From Candidatus Daviesbacteria bacterium (GTDB lineage Bacteria; Patescibacteriota; Microgenomatia; Daviesbacterales; UBA10151): 64,000 nucleotides of DNA. Within the stretch, counting starts at the first letter, position 1. The number at the start of each line of letters is the position of its first letter. Positions 37,704 to 48,031 of this stretch are shown piece by piece. The stretch is taken from the NCBI GenBank assembly GCA_016184225.1, contig JACPDA010000004.1:134800-198799 (forward strand), written 5' to 3'. The notes beneath the pieces were generated by a model. The model did no database searches. It was not told the DNA's origin and saw only the letters and a list, made by a program, of their open reading frames with translations. Position numbers and translations under genes: made by a program.

Positions 37704-39479
37704 TTAGATTTTTTCTAATAGCCTTGTTTTGTTTGTAACTCTAAATTCTAATTTTCTACCAAACATTAGAGAAGTTTGTGCGTCAATAGCAGGGAGGGCA
37801 GAAATAGTTATTAAAATAAGGGGTATTAAAAGCCACTGGATATATGACCAGGTTTTTTTAAATAAGGACCAATTTGCCGGTCTTTTGGGAACTACTTTTT
37901 CATGAACAAAGATAGTGGCAAAAAGACCAAAGAAAGTAACTGTCAATATCCATGAAGAAACTATTGGCAGATTTACTGACAGCACCGATGTTTTAAAATT
38001 GGGGTTAACCAAAGGAATTAGTAAACTACCGAAGGTAACAAAGATTGCTAAAAATCCCCATTTTAAGTCTCCCCAGATTTTAAAAAGCACTTTGTCGGTT
38101 TTGTCCCAAAAATCAATCTCTTTGGTAAAGTATTGCCTGATAATAAAGGGGATGTGCTCTACACCATAGGCCCATCTTTTAATCTGCAGATATTGGTTTT
38201 GGAAGGTTTTGAGTAAGGTAGTATCTTGGACAGCATCGGCGGAAATAGGTAAAAAGTGTGGGATGACTTTATAATCTCCGTTAAAATGGAAGTATGCTTT
38301 CCAATAAAAGCCGTTATCATCGTTAACTTTGTCCGGTATCCAGAGACCAATATCTAAAAGTGCCTTTAAACTTAAAGACATTGAGGAATAATTCATGTAT
38401 TTATCAGAACCGACCATTTCAGCCAGTTGCCAAAGCGAGGTGCCGGTGGCCATCAGTCTCATCGGGGTGGGGGTTTGCCAGTAGTTATTGTGGTACAAAA
38501 ATACTCCGGTAAAAGTTCTTTTATCTCGCTCGGCTACCGGTAAAGATAAGTATTTATGCAGTGCTCCGGAGAGAAACTGGGGGTGGATCACAAAATCAGC
38601 ATCTAAGGTGGTGACAAATACATCTTCAATATTGATTCCTTTTTTCTGAAGCTCAGGCAGGATGTGGTTAATCATCCAATTTTTGTTTGACCCTTGGCCG
38701 GCCACCTCACCAGGCAGTCCATAAGGGTGCGATGTAGTAAAGATGCCGGCTACTTTGTTCTCTACTTCTTTAAGGTACTCTTTGGTCTGCTCGACCTTTT
38801 CCGGGTCGTCCCGTTCCTCAAACCCGACAGCGATAAATATTTTATCTCTGGGGTAACTGCAGTTTGTCAGGGCATCAAAAGTAGGTCTTAGAATGTATAA
38901 GGCTTCTTTATAAGTTGGAACTAGTATGAGTTGATAGTAGCTTTTAGCTTCTTCCGGAAAATCCCTTTGCAGGAGTTTTTGCCAGTCTTCTTTTTTTACA
39001 GACTCCATTTTTCTGTAGCCGATTAAAATTAAAATAGCAATCCGGAAAGCAGTCAGCAACCAATAGATATCAGCAATCAAAATTAGGTAAGCTACGGCAT
39101 AGGGTAGAGCGAAAGAGAGCCAGATAGGAGAAGTTAAGGCCAGCCAGGTTAAGCTGCCGGGCAGGATTTCCAAAATCCTTTCAAAACCATTCTCGTGTTT
39201 TAAGACAAAATCCCGCTCTGTCTTCTCGAAGAAGATGAAACGTTGAGAAAGCAGGTGATGTATGATTAAACCCAGACCTGCGCCTACCAGCAAAAGGCCT
39301 ACCAAAACATTCAAACCGCCACTTAGATAAGATTGACCAAGAAAACCGATTAAAAGTCCTATTAGTGCGAAGATTAGGCCGATAAAACTATAGCGGATTT
39401 CCCCGGTTATTCGCTTTAAGATTTCCGCAAAATAGAAAAAAGACATAAACCCAATAAAAAAGACCAGTAAAATCCGCAT
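37704..39479 (-). CDS. Membrane GT2 glycosyltransferase
   Basis: VPTYKE, LDADF and QIKRWAYG (QxxRW); multiple TM helices. Confidence 0.85.
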   Translation of the reverse strand: MRILLVFFIGFMSFFYFAEILKRITGEIRYSFIGLIFALIGLLIGFLGQSYLSGGLNVLVGLLLVGAGLGLIIHHLLSQRFIFFEKTERDFVLKHENGFERILEILPGSLTWLALTSPIWLSFALPYAVAYLILIADIYWLLTAFRIAILILIGYRKMESVKKEDWQKLLQRDFPEEAKSYYQLILVPTYKEALYILRPTFDALTNCSYPRDKIFIAVGFEERDDPEKVEQTKEYLKEVENKVAGIFTTSHPYGLPGEVAGQGSNKNWMINHILPELQKKGINIEDVFVTTLDADFVIHPQFLSGALHKYLSLPVAERDKRTFTGVFLYHNNYWQTPTPMRLMATGTSLWQLAEMVGSDKYMNYSSMSLSLKALLDIGLWIPDKVNDDNGFYWKAYFHFNGDYKVIPHFLPISADAVQDTTLLKTFQNQYLQIKRWAYGVEHIPFIIRQYFTKEIDFWDKTDKVLFKIWGDLKWGFLAIFVTFGSLLIPLVNPNFKTSVLSVNLPIVSSWILTVTFFGLFATIFVHEKVVPKRPANWSLFKKTWSYIQWLLIPLILITISALPAIDAQTSLMFGRKLEFRVTNKTRLLEKI

Positions 39480-39509
39480 GGTGTATCGTTAAGTGTACTT
39501 TTTTCAGCC

Positions 39510-40400
39510 TCAGAAAGCAAATATTTTCTTAGCGTTTGTGCTGGTTTGTTCTGCTACTTCTGCAAATGATATTCCTTTTAAATCGGCAATAAGCTCCGCA
39601 ATTTCTTTAACCGCCGAGGGTTCGTTTCGCTGGCCTCTTTTACCTTGGGGAGCTAAAAAGGGACAATCTGTTTCCAGTAGAATTTTGTTAAGCGGAAGAA
39701 TTTTAGCAGCTTCTCTTAAGTATTCATTCTTGGGATAGGTGATATTGGCTGCAAAAGAAACGAATAAGTTGGTAGCAGGTAGTAGGTAGCTGGTAGTATG
39801 GGGAAGCCCACTATAACAATGTAAGATGGCAGGTTGGTCGCCGACCATTTTCAGCGCTTCATTCCAAGCCTCGGAGTTGGTGGGGTTTTTTGACCGGTCA
39901 TCCCGGCAATGAATAACTGCCGGCAGATTTAGTTTTTTTGCCAAATCAATGTGAGCCTGAAAAAGCATCCTTTGTAAATCTTTAACCTGTTGGGTGGTAA
40001 TAGAAGGTGGAATGAATCCGGGATTGCTTTCAAAAAAGAAGTCCAGGCCACACTCACCTATACCTACAACTCTTTCAGGATTGCTGCGGTAGATTTTTTC
40101 CAGTTGTGCAATATCTTTTGCCAGATCATTTTGCACATTTGACCCACGGTCGGAGGGCATTTGTGATTGTGAATATTTGGTAGATTCATGTGGGTGAATG
40201 CCGATGGTGGAATAAACTGATAAACCTGCCGGCCACTTAGTGTTTGTGGCTTGGTCCAAAGCCTTTTGACTTGTTTCAACATCCACGCCGATATTGATGA
40301 TTGTAGAAACTCCGGCATCAACAGCCCTTTGAATCATTTCATAAAAATCCTCTTTGTATGAATCCCAGTAAAGATGGGCATGTGTGTCAATTAAATTCAT
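39510..40400 (-). CDS. tatD: TatD family nuclease
   Basis: DTHAH, GIHPH, GIGECGLD, IHCR, LHCY and LETDCPFL. Confidence 0.95.
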   Translation of the reverse strand: MNLIDTHAHLYWDSYKEDFYEMIQRAVDAGVSTIINIGVDVETSQKALDQATNTKWPAGLSVYSTIGIHPHESTKYSQSQMPSDRGSNVQNDLAKDIAQLEKIYRSNPERVVGIGECGLDFFFESNPGFIPPSITTQQVKDLQRMLFQAHIDLAKKLNLPAVIHCRDDRSKNPTNSEAWNEALKMVGDQPAILHCYSGLPHTTSYLLPATNLFVSFAANITYPKNEYLREAAKILPLNKILLETDCPFLAPQGKRGQRNEPSAVKEIAELIADLKGISFAEVAEQTSTNAKKIFAF

Positions 40401-41854
40401 ATTCGGGCCTGCCCGCCAATTGCTTCGCCGCTAGGCGATGGCAGGCGGGGGAAAAGTGACGGGGCAGATTTAATTCGCCGGCTGGCGAATTGTTTTAAGA
40501 TTTTTTCTGCAGTTTCTGGTAAAAAGGGTTGTAAGTTAAAGGCAATTTGCTGGATTCTTATAACGAGGTTTTCCAGTACAGGTTTGGCTTCTTCGTTGGA
40601 TAACTCCCAGGGTTTTTTAATATTAATTTCTTTATCTGCCTCAGTAATCCTAGTCCTAATCCAAAACAGTGCTTCATTAAATTTAAACTCAGAGAGTAAT
40701 TTTTCCAGATCCTGATCAAATTCTGTGGGAATGGTACCAGCCTTTATTTCATGTTGTTCACAGAGTCTAGCGACCCTGGCCACTAAATTCCCTAAACCAT
40801 TTGCCAGGTCAGCATTATAAACTTCTTTAAACCGCTCATTTGTAAAATCGCCGTCAGCATCAATCGGGATTTGGGAGAGCATGAAGTAGCGCAAGGGTTC
40901 TAGTCCGAATTTTTCAACTACATCCTGGGGTGAGATAACATTGCCCAAAGACTTACTAATCTTTTCTCCTTTTAAATTAACAAATCCGTGGATTAAAATT
41001 TGCTTTGGCAGTGGCAATCCTGCAGACAACAACATAGCTGGCCAATAAACCGTATGGAATCTGTTAATATCTTTACCAATAATGTGTAAATCTGCCGGCC
41101 ACCACTTTTGAAACTTTTCCTCATCCCAGCCAAATCCAATTCCGGTCATATAGATCGCTAAAGCATCAAACCAAACATAAATTTTCTGGCTTGGGTTTTC
41201 CGGAACCGGTACTCCAACACCTCTGGAGCGTTCATTTGATCGGGAAATACTAAAATCCTCCAAGCCGGATTTAATAAAAGATAAAACCTCGGATCTTTTG
41301 TTGGCTGGAGCAATTTTTAATTCGTCGCTTTCTATTAGTTGAATTAACTTTTCTTGATATTTTGATAACTTAAAAAAATAGTTTTCCTCTTTTATGCGTT
41401 CCGGTTTGGTGTGGTGGATGGAACAAAGCCCGTCAACCAGCTCTGTTTCTGTCTTGAAAGATTCGCAGCCAATGCAATATAAACCCCCATATTCTTTTTT
41501 ATAAATATCGCCATTTTCCTCACATAATTTCCATAATTTTTGCACTCCGGGCCAGTGTTTTTTTTGATCAGAGCCTCGTTGGAAAACATCCAGGTGCACT
41601 TTTAAAAATTCGAAAGTTTGATGCCAGATTTTGGAATTGCGGTCTAAAAATTCCTGGATAGGAAGACCTTCTTTTTCAGCGGCCTGGACATTTTTTAGCG
41701 CATTTTCATCTGCTCCGGAAAGAAGCAAAGTTTCATCTTCTTTTAGTTGGTGGTATTTTCTAACAGTATCTGCTTGAAAATATTCCAGTGAGTGGCCAAC
41801 ATGCGGCAAGCCGTTAACATAGGGTATAGCTGTTGTAAGGTAGAATTTGTTCAT
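40397..41854 (-). CDS. metG: Methionine--tRNA ligase (short form)
   Basis: YLTTAIPYVN..PHVGH, YVWFDAL, IGKDI.RFH..YWP and KISKSLGN. Confidence 0.96.
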   Translation of the reverse strand: MNKFYLTTAIPYVNGLPHVGHSLEYFQADTVRKYHQLKEDETLLLSGADENALKNVQAAEKEGLPIQEFLDRNSKIWHQTFEFLKVHLDVFQRGSDQKKHWPGVQKLWKLCEENGDIYKKEYGGLYCIGCESFKTETELVDGLCSIHHTKPERIKEENYFFKLSKYQEKLIQLIESDELKIAPANKRSEVLSFIKSGLEDFSISRSNERSRGVGVPVPENPSQKIYVWFDALAIYMTGIGFGWDEEKFQKWWPADLHIIGKDINRFHTVYWPAMLLSAGLPLPKQILIHGFVNLKGEKISKSLGNVISPQDVVEKFGLEPLRYFMLSQIPIDADGDFTNERFKEVYNADLANGLGNLVARVARLCEQHEIKAGTIPTEFDQDLEKLLSEFKFNEALFWIRTRITEADKEINIKKPWELSNEEAKPVLENLVIRIQQIAFNLQPFLPETAEKILKQFASRRIKSAPSLFPRLPSPSGEAIGGQARI

Positions 41855-42243
41855 TGTAACTTCGTCAGTTTAGGGATTTTTGAGAGTTTAGTCAAATCCG
41901 ATTTAATCGGATTCAAACCCTTTCTTTTTGTTTTTCTAAAATAACTGGCCAGTAAACCGGTTGCTATGATGACTAAGGCGCCGGTGATGATATTTAGAGA
42001 ATTCAAAGCCTTCAAGATTAATAATAAAACCAGGCCCAAACAGACGGAGGAGGAAAAAAGAATATTTTTTAAGAAGATGTTAAGGGTAAAAACTAGCGCT
42101 AAATATAAAGAGAGGAAAAAGGGAAAAATTTGCATAGCATTTGCCTGGGTTAGGCTCTCAGGATAGGGAACTTGTAAAACTACAAATGTAAAACTGCCCC
42201 AGAAAAATAGGCTAGGGAAAATTTTTAAAATAATTTTAAACAT
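41851..42243 (-). CDS. Hypothetical membrane protein
   Basis: Four hydrophobic segments; stop overlaps the metG start. Confidence 0.65.
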   Translation of the reverse strand: MFKIILKIFPSLFFWGSFTFVVLQVPYPESLTQANAMQIFPFFLSLYLALVFTLNIFLKNILFSSSVCLGLVLLLILKALNSLNIITGALVIIATGLLASYFRKTKRKGLNPIKSDLTKLSKIPKLTKLQ

Positions 42244-42341
42244 GAATCCATTGTAAACCAAAAACTTTGAAAGATTAAGGAACCAAAATTTCGCAATAGC
42301 GAAAAAGTGGTACCATGTTTGTTGTTAATAAATTTTATTTT

Positions 42342-44528
42342 TTAAACCCCAACCACCTCAAAAGTAGAACCTCCTGAGTTCTTGGAAACCTCAATTCTGA
42401 CCGGGAATTCTTCTTTTAACTCTTCTATATGAGTAATCACTAAAATCTTTTCAAAATCATTTTTAATGGCATCTATTGCTTCTATTAACCTGGCTCTCCC
42501 TGGTGCATCTTGAGATCCAAATCCTTCATCAATGACCAAAAATTGTAATTTTGCCCCGGCCCGGTGGGTCAGCAGTTTGGAAATGGCCAGCCGGATACAA
42601 AAATTAACCCGGAAAGCCTCACCTCCCGAGTACATCTCATAAGGCCGCTCACCCATCTCATCAGAAATAATGATGTCTAGTGTTTCTATAATGCCTTTTT
42701 CACCGCCGGCAAGTTTAGTTTTGGTTTCCTTTTGGGTTTCGAAACTGACTTTCATACGGCCTTCGGTAAGCTTTTCCAGCAATTTATTTGTTTCATCCTC
42801 AATTTCCGGGATGGCTGCTTCTATAATCATGGCCTGGATGCCTTTTTTGCCGAATGCCAAAGCCAGCTCTTCAAAAGTTTCTCTTTCCTCCGTTAGGGTA
42901 ATTTTTTCTGCTGACTTTTGTTTCGAGAGATTTTCCATTTGGGCTGTCCGGGAAATTAATTCATTAATCTGTCCCAAAATTCCGCGGGCCGCTTTTTCTT
43001 CTTCACGGATACCGGTAAGTTGATTTTCCGTACCGGTGATTTCCTGGTTTAAATTAATAATTTTTTCTGATAAATCAGGTAGTTTAGTTAATTCCTCCGA
43101 TATTCTATCAACCTGCAACTTTTTATTTTGAAACAGGATCCTCATTTCTAAAACTACTTTTTCCTCTGTTTGCAAAGTGGCTTGAATTGTTAGCTTTTCA
43201 TCATTTTGTTTTTGGATTTCTTCTGAATCCTTAAGTTGCAACAGGATTTGTTGGTATTTTTCAGAATCAAAATAGATGGCTTTTAATTGATTTTCTAAAT
43301 CAGCAATTGTTTGTTCTTCCTTGAAAAAATTAATTTTCTGGAGATCTTTTTTCAGATTTGTGATTTGGGTTGTTAATTGACTGTGCACATGTGATTTTTC
43401 AGCTTTGCCGATTTCCTGTCCGCAAGTCGGACATTTGGCTCCTGTTTTTGATGATGCACTAAGTTGGGCAGTCAGTTTATCTATTTCTTTTTGGATGCTT
43501 TGTGTCTGTTGTTTTTTGACATTAATTTCTCCGTTTGTAACGGATAATTTATTTTTTATTTCCAGTTGTTCATGTCTGATTTTATCCATTTTTTCTTTTT
43601 CCAGTTGCAGGGATTTTAAATTCTGCAATTGCCCGCTGACTTCCTGTAATTTTTGGAGTTGTAGCCCAAGAGAGTCAATTTTACTTTTGCGGTTTTTTCC
43701 CTGAGTGATGATTTCTTCTAATTCTTTTTTATTTTCCAAATAATTTTGCTCTAATTTTTTTCTTTGTTCTGAAGCCAAATTTAGTGCTTCCCGCTCCTCC
43801 CGCAAGGTTTTTAACCTTTCTTCTGAGGCTTTAATTTGTGTTTCAACTTCGGTAATTTTATTTTCGGCTGCCTTTTTCTTTGCTGAACGGTCTTCTTTTT
43901 GGGACAACTCCGCTTCTATTTCCAGGAGTTGATAATCCAGCAGTTGCAGTTTTGTCAGCGCTGCCTTGCTTTTTTCTTTGGCTTTTTCCTCTAAGAGATC
44001 GTAGTGATCTAAGCCTAAAATATCGGCCAAAATCTTTTTCCGCTCAGTCGGGCCTTTGGTGGTAAATTCATCAGCATGGCCTTGACGAAGATATGCAGAG
44101 TTGGTAAATGTCTCAAAGCTTAAATGCAGGGCATCTATTATTTTTTGTTGGGTAGCTTTGATGGTGCCTTCTGTCAGATTATGTCCTGAGCGAACAGAGT
44201 GAGTTGAAGGATTACTACTCCAGAATTCCAGCGCTGTTTGACCGCCGCCTTTTGTTGAACGACTTCTTTTAATAGTAAAGTTATGGCCGTCCAGCTCGAA
44301 TTCAAACTCAGCAGACATATTAACTGCACTTGCATGGATCAGGCTGTCGGAAGAATCCCCGGCCCGGGAAGTACCCCAAATGCACCAGGTGATAGCATCA
44401 AGCAAAGATGACTTACCGGCGCCGTTGAGCCCGGAAATGGCAGCCAGCTTAAATTTTGTAAAATCCAGCTCAGGTGGGCTTTGACCGTAACTTGTAAAAT
44501 TGGATAATGTTAGTTTAACCGGTATCAT
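42342..44528 (-). CDS. sbcC: SbcC/Rad50 ATPase
   Basis: GLNGAGKSS, CPTCG zinc hook, SGGE and IDEGFG. Confidence 0.93.
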   Translation of the reverse strand: MIPVKLTLSNFTSYGQSPPELDFTKFKLAAISGLNGAGKSSLLDAITWCIWGTSRAGDSSDSLIHASAVNMSAEFEFELDGHNFTIKRSRSTKGGGQTALEFWSSNPSTHSVRSGHNLTEGTIKATQQKIIDALHLSFETFTNSAYLRQGHADEFTTKGPTERKKILADILGLDHYDLLEEKAKEKSKAALTKLQLLDYQLLEIEAELSQKEDRSAKKKAAENKITEVETQIKASEERLKTLREEREALNLASEQRKKLEQNYLENKKELEEIITQGKNRKSKIDSLGLQLQKLQEVSGQLQNLKSLQLEKEKMDKIRHEQLEIKNKLSVTNGEINVKKQQTQSIQKEIDKLTAQLSASSKTGAKCPTCGQEIGKAEKSHVHSQLTTQITNLKKDLQKINFFKEEQTIADLENQLKAIYFDSEKYQQILLQLKDSEEIQKQNDEKLTIQATLQTEEKVVLEMRILFQNKKLQVDRISEELTKLPDLSEKIINLNQEITGTENQLTGIREEEKAARGILGQINELISRTAQMENLSKQKSAEKITLTEERETFEELALAFGKKGIQAMIIEAAIPEIEDETNKLLEKLTEGRMKVSFETQKETKTKLAGGEKGIIETLDIIISDEMGERPYEMYSGGEAFRVNFCIRLAISKLLTHRAGAKLQFLVIDEGFGSQDAPGRARLIEAIDAIKNDFEKILVITHIEELKEEFPVRIEVSKNSGGSTFEVVGV

Positions 44529-45727
44529 TATTCTAATAACTGGGCAGCATATTTTTCCAAAGCTTTTTGTTTTGTAACCGGATATTTTTTGGCTTCAAAA
44601 TATTTTTTTAAAGCGGCAATCGGAGTCAGGGTCTCCACATCCTTACCAAAATCTATTTTTTCCCGTTCCAGCCGTTCAACATTTCTGGAAATACCGGCCA
44701 CTAAATGGGCTAAAGAGAGAGCTTTTTTTATTTTATCCATCTCGATATCTTGATCCAGTCCGGCAGGGATATTAATGACTAGCCTGATAATTTTATCTGC
44801 CAGGTCGTGTTTTTTGATTTCATCCAGTATAGTTTGGGTGGGGTCAGGATCTGCACTTTTGAGGTTAACAGTGATAGTTAAAAACTGCCGGGCATTGGTA
44901 GAGATAAACTGATAACTTGTTTGATATTTGTCTGACGTCTGACGACTGACGACTGAAAGCTCTACTAAACAAATTCCTTTTTCCTCTTTTTCCTCCCCGA
45001 AATCTATCCGTTGTGGCGAGCCGGAATAAACAATTAATGGTCCGCCCGCTTCGCGAGGCGAGCCCGCCGGCGGATTGGAAAGAACTTGGTGTTTGTGGAT
45101 ATGGCCCAAGGCCACATAATTTAGCCTTTTGTCTTGTAGCAAGGGTAGGGGAAGGGTAATATCATTCCCAATTGCCAGACCTTTTTCACTTCCGAACTGC
45201 GCCCCCACTATTTCAGCATGGGACAGTAAAACAGCAGGGGAATCAGGAGTAATTTTGTCATAGAGTAATTTTAGTTTTTCAGCCACGGTTTTGTAGTCGT
45301 TTTTATGTAACCAGGGTAGGGTGACTACTTGTAAGTTTCCGGATTTGGTGGGAATTTGCAAAATTTCCGGATGTCTGGAAACCCAGACATTATCTATCTC
45401 CAAGGCTGAATAGATATCCAAAGTATTGGCTTTGCCTTCTGCATTGGGGGTGTCGTGATTTCCCACTACCAAAACAACAGGGATTTTTTTGGCCAGTTTA
45501 GCAATCCTTTCACCAAAACCCCGCTGTTGGGTGGGGTTGGGATCACGGGTTTTATAGGCATCACCGGCAAAGATCACTGCATCGACATTTTCTTTAAAAG
45601 CAGTTTCTACAATAAAATCAAAAGTATTGAAAAAATCCAGCAGCCTGGTGGAAAGTCCGGTTTCCGGATCCAATTTAGAGTAATTTTCCATGCCAATATG
45701 AAGGTCAGAAAAGTGAAGTAGTTTCAT
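44528..45727 (-). CDS. sbcD: SbcD/Mre11 nuclease
   Basis: HFSDLHIG, AGD, GNHD, LGHIH and YSGS. Confidence 0.93.
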   Translation of the reverse strand: MKLLHFSDLHIGMENYSKLDPETGLSTRLLDFFNTFDFIVETAFKENVDAVIFAGDAYKTRDPNPTQQRGFGERIAKLAKKIPVVLVVGNHDTPNAEGKANTLDIYSALEIDNVWVSRHPEILQIPTKSGNLQVVTLPWLHKNDYKTVAEKLKLLYDKITPDSPAVLLSHAEIVGAQFGSEKGLAIGNDITLPLPLLQDKRLNYVALGHIHKHQVLSNPPAGSPREAGGPLIVYSGSPQRIDFGEEKEEKGICLVELSVVSRQTSDKYQTSYQFISTNARQFLTITVNLKSADPDPTQTILDEIKKHDLADKIIRLVINIPAGLDQDIEMDKIKKALSLAHLVAGISRNVERLEREKIDFGKDVETLTPIAALKKYFEAKKYPVTKQKALEKYAAQLLE

Positions 45728-45765
45728 CGCAGAGCGATTATACCACCGGAGCGTTGTGATAGAAT

Positions 45766-46923
45766 ATGGCCATGTTTAAGCCTAGAATAAACAATCTTAG
45801 ACACAAACTTCTAGAAGAAAAACTGGACGGCGTTTTAATTTCTTCTGTTTCCAATATTAGCTATCTAACTGGTTTTACCAATTTTTCGGAAAAAGAGCGG
45901 GAGGCGTATATTTTTATTGGCAGCGATTTTGCCTACATTATTACTGATGCCAGGTATTCAGAGGCAGTAAAAAAACAGGTTCCACACTTAACCCTTTTTG
46001 AAAGAAGTCACAATAAACCAACCAAGACTCTATTTAAAAAACACCAAAAAGAGATAAAACAGCTAGGGATTGAAGAAGATAATTTAACAGTCTTAGAGCA
46101 CAAGTCTTTGAGCAAACATTTTAAAAAAATAAAACATTTTGATGTTTCCGGTTTAAGAAGTATTAAAAATGAAAAAGAAATCAGCAAAATAGAGAAGGCT
46201 TGCCGAATTGGGGATTTGGCTTTCGATTATATTGTAAAAAAGATTAGGACTGGAGTAACTGAAAAACAGATGGCAGAGGAGTTGGAAAATTTCATCAGAA
46301 GTAAAGGTGCTAGGTTTTCTTTTCCGCCGATTATAGCTTTTGGTAAAAATTCCAGTGTGCCGCATCATCAAACAGGTCCTTCGACTCTCTTCGTTCGCTC
46401 AGGACGAGAAGGACTAATTATCCTTCTCGATTTTGGTGTTAAGGTTGATAATTATTGTTCTGATATGACCAGGACTGTATTTTTCGGAAAACTAACTGGT
46501 AAACAAAAAGAAATTTATGAAGTGGTTTTGGCAGCCCAACAAAAAGCTGTGGGTTATATCAATTCTGTCCTTCGACTTCGCTCAGGATCTTCGACTAGAT
46601 CATTAAAAGCTTCTGAAGTGGACAAGGTTGCCAGGGATTATATTGTTTCCAAAGGTTATCCCACTATTCCCCATTCCTTGGGGCATGGAATCGGTTTGGA
46701 AGTGCACGAGCATCCCAGTCTATCACCCAAAAGCAGGGAAATTTTACAAGAAGGGATGGTTTTTTCGATTGAACCGGGAATATACATTCCTGATTTTGGC
46801 TCGCCTCGCTCGACGCGAGTCGAAGCGGGCGGAGTCAGGATTGAAGATTTATTTGTTTTGAAAGACAACGGGTTAAGGCAACTTACCAACTCGCCAAAGG
46901 GAATAATTTCTGTTAACATTTAG
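45766..46923 (+). CDS. Xaa-Pro aminopeptidase (M24) with three repeat inserts
   Basis: PHH, DFG...Y.SDMTRT, HSLGHGIGLEVHE, SIEPGIY and GVRIED. Confidence 0.93.
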   Translation: MAMFKPRINNLRHKLLEEKLDGVLISSVSNISYLTGFTNFSEKEREAYIFIGSDFAYIITDARYSEAVKKQVPHLTLFERSHNKPTKTLFKKHQKEIKQLGIEEDNLTVLEHKSLSKHFKKIKHFDVSGLRSIKNEKEISKIEKACRIGDLAFDYIVKKIRTGVTEKQMAEELENFIRSKGARFSFPPIIAFGKNSSVPHHQTGPSTLFVRSGREGLIILLDFGVKVDNYCSDMTRTVFFGKLTGKQKEIYEVVLAAQQKAVGYINSVLRLRSGSSTRSLKASEVDKVARDYIVSKGYPTIPHSLGHGIGLEVHEHPSLSPKSREILQEGMVFSIEPGIYIPDFGSPRSTRVEAGGVRIEDLFVLKDNGLRQLTNSPKGIISVNI

Positions 46924-46932
46924 ACTTACAAT

Positions 46933-47502
46933 ATGGTAAAAATTCAAATTATTTTAGGAAGTACCAGACCTAACAGGTTTAGCGAAAAACCAGGTAAGTG
47001 GATATTTGAACTCTTGCAAAAGAGAGAAGGGATAGAAGCAGAACTTATTGATCTTCGGGATTATCCCTTGCCGTTTTTTAACGAACCGATGTCCCCCACC
47101 ATGCTAAAGGGTAAGTATTCAAATAAAGAAGCCGAGAGATGGGTCGAAAAAGTGGCCGAGGCTGATGGGTATATTATCGTGACTCCTGAGTATAATCATG
47201 GATACTCGGCTGTGTTAAAAAATGCCTTAGATTATCCCTATGAGCAATGGAATAATAAACCGGTGGGATTTGTAGCTTACGGCGGGATGGGTGGTGCCCG
47301 AGCTGTTGAGCAGTTAAGAGAAGTGGTAGTGGAATTACAAATGGTACCGATTAGAACCGCTGTACATATTCCAGCCTTTTGGACATTACTTGATGATAAA
47401 GGAAACCTCAAAACAGAAACTTTAAACGAAAGCGCAGAGGCAATGCTTGATCATTTGATCCGGTGGACTAAAGTTTTAAAAGAGGCAAGAGAGAAATTGT
47501 AA
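46933..47502 (+). CDS. NADPH-dependent FMN reductase
   Basis: GSTRP and TPEYNHGYSAVLKNALD motifs. Confidence 0.92.
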   Translation: MVKIQIILGSTRPNRFSEKPGKWIFELLQKREGIEAELIDLRDYPLPFFNEPMSPTMLKGKYSNKEAERWVEKVAEADGYIIVTPEYNHGYSAVLKNALDYPYEQWNNKPVGFVAYGGMGGARAVEQLREVVVELQMVPIRTAVHIPAFWTLLDDKGNLKTETLNESAEAMLDHLIRWTKVLKEAREKL

Positions 47503-47509
47503 AGCTTAA

Positions 47510-48031
47510 TTATTCCCGGTACAGCCAGAAATTATCTACTTTTTTAAATGGTTTCCAAGTTGAGAAATGGTAAGTTTGGGTGATCACCACAGTTCCCTTT
47601 TTGGTCTCTGTTTTTAGTCTCTCTTCCAGCCTTTTAACCCCTTTATGCAGCAGATAGATATAAATTACATCTGCATCTTTATATGTTTTGGAAAAGATAT
47701 TGCCATGGTAAAATTTTACCCTCCCAGACGTGGTCTGGGAAGCCTGGGAAGTTAATTTCAAGGCTTTGTATCTTGAATACGAAACACGTAGCCATGACTG
47801 CTCGATGCCAAAAGATTCTGCACCCAGTTTTGCTGCCTCAAAAACCACCCGGCCGTCACCTGACCCCAGTTCGTAAAATTTTTTACCCTTTTTAACACCA
47901 GCCAGTTTTAGGATTTTCCTGATTTGGTCCATTTTAGTTGGAACATATGGAGCATCAGATCCGGCAAACCAGGACAGGCTGATAAGACAACCCAGTAATA
48001 TGCCGGCCGAGATTATTAATGTAGTGTCCAT
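47510..48031 (-). CDS. Small SAM-dependent methyltransferase (FAM173-like)
   Basis: APYVPT, ELGSGDGR and DVIYIYL motifs. Confidence 0.85.
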   Translation of the reverse strand: MDTTLIISAGILLGCLISLSWFAGSDAPYVPTKMDQIRKILKLAGVKKGKKFYELGSGDGRVVFEAAKLGAESFGIEQSWLRVSYSRYKALKLTSQASQTTSGRVKFYHGNIFSKTYKDADVIYIYLLHKGVKRLEERLKTETKKGTVVITQTYHFSTWKPFKKVDNFWLYRE

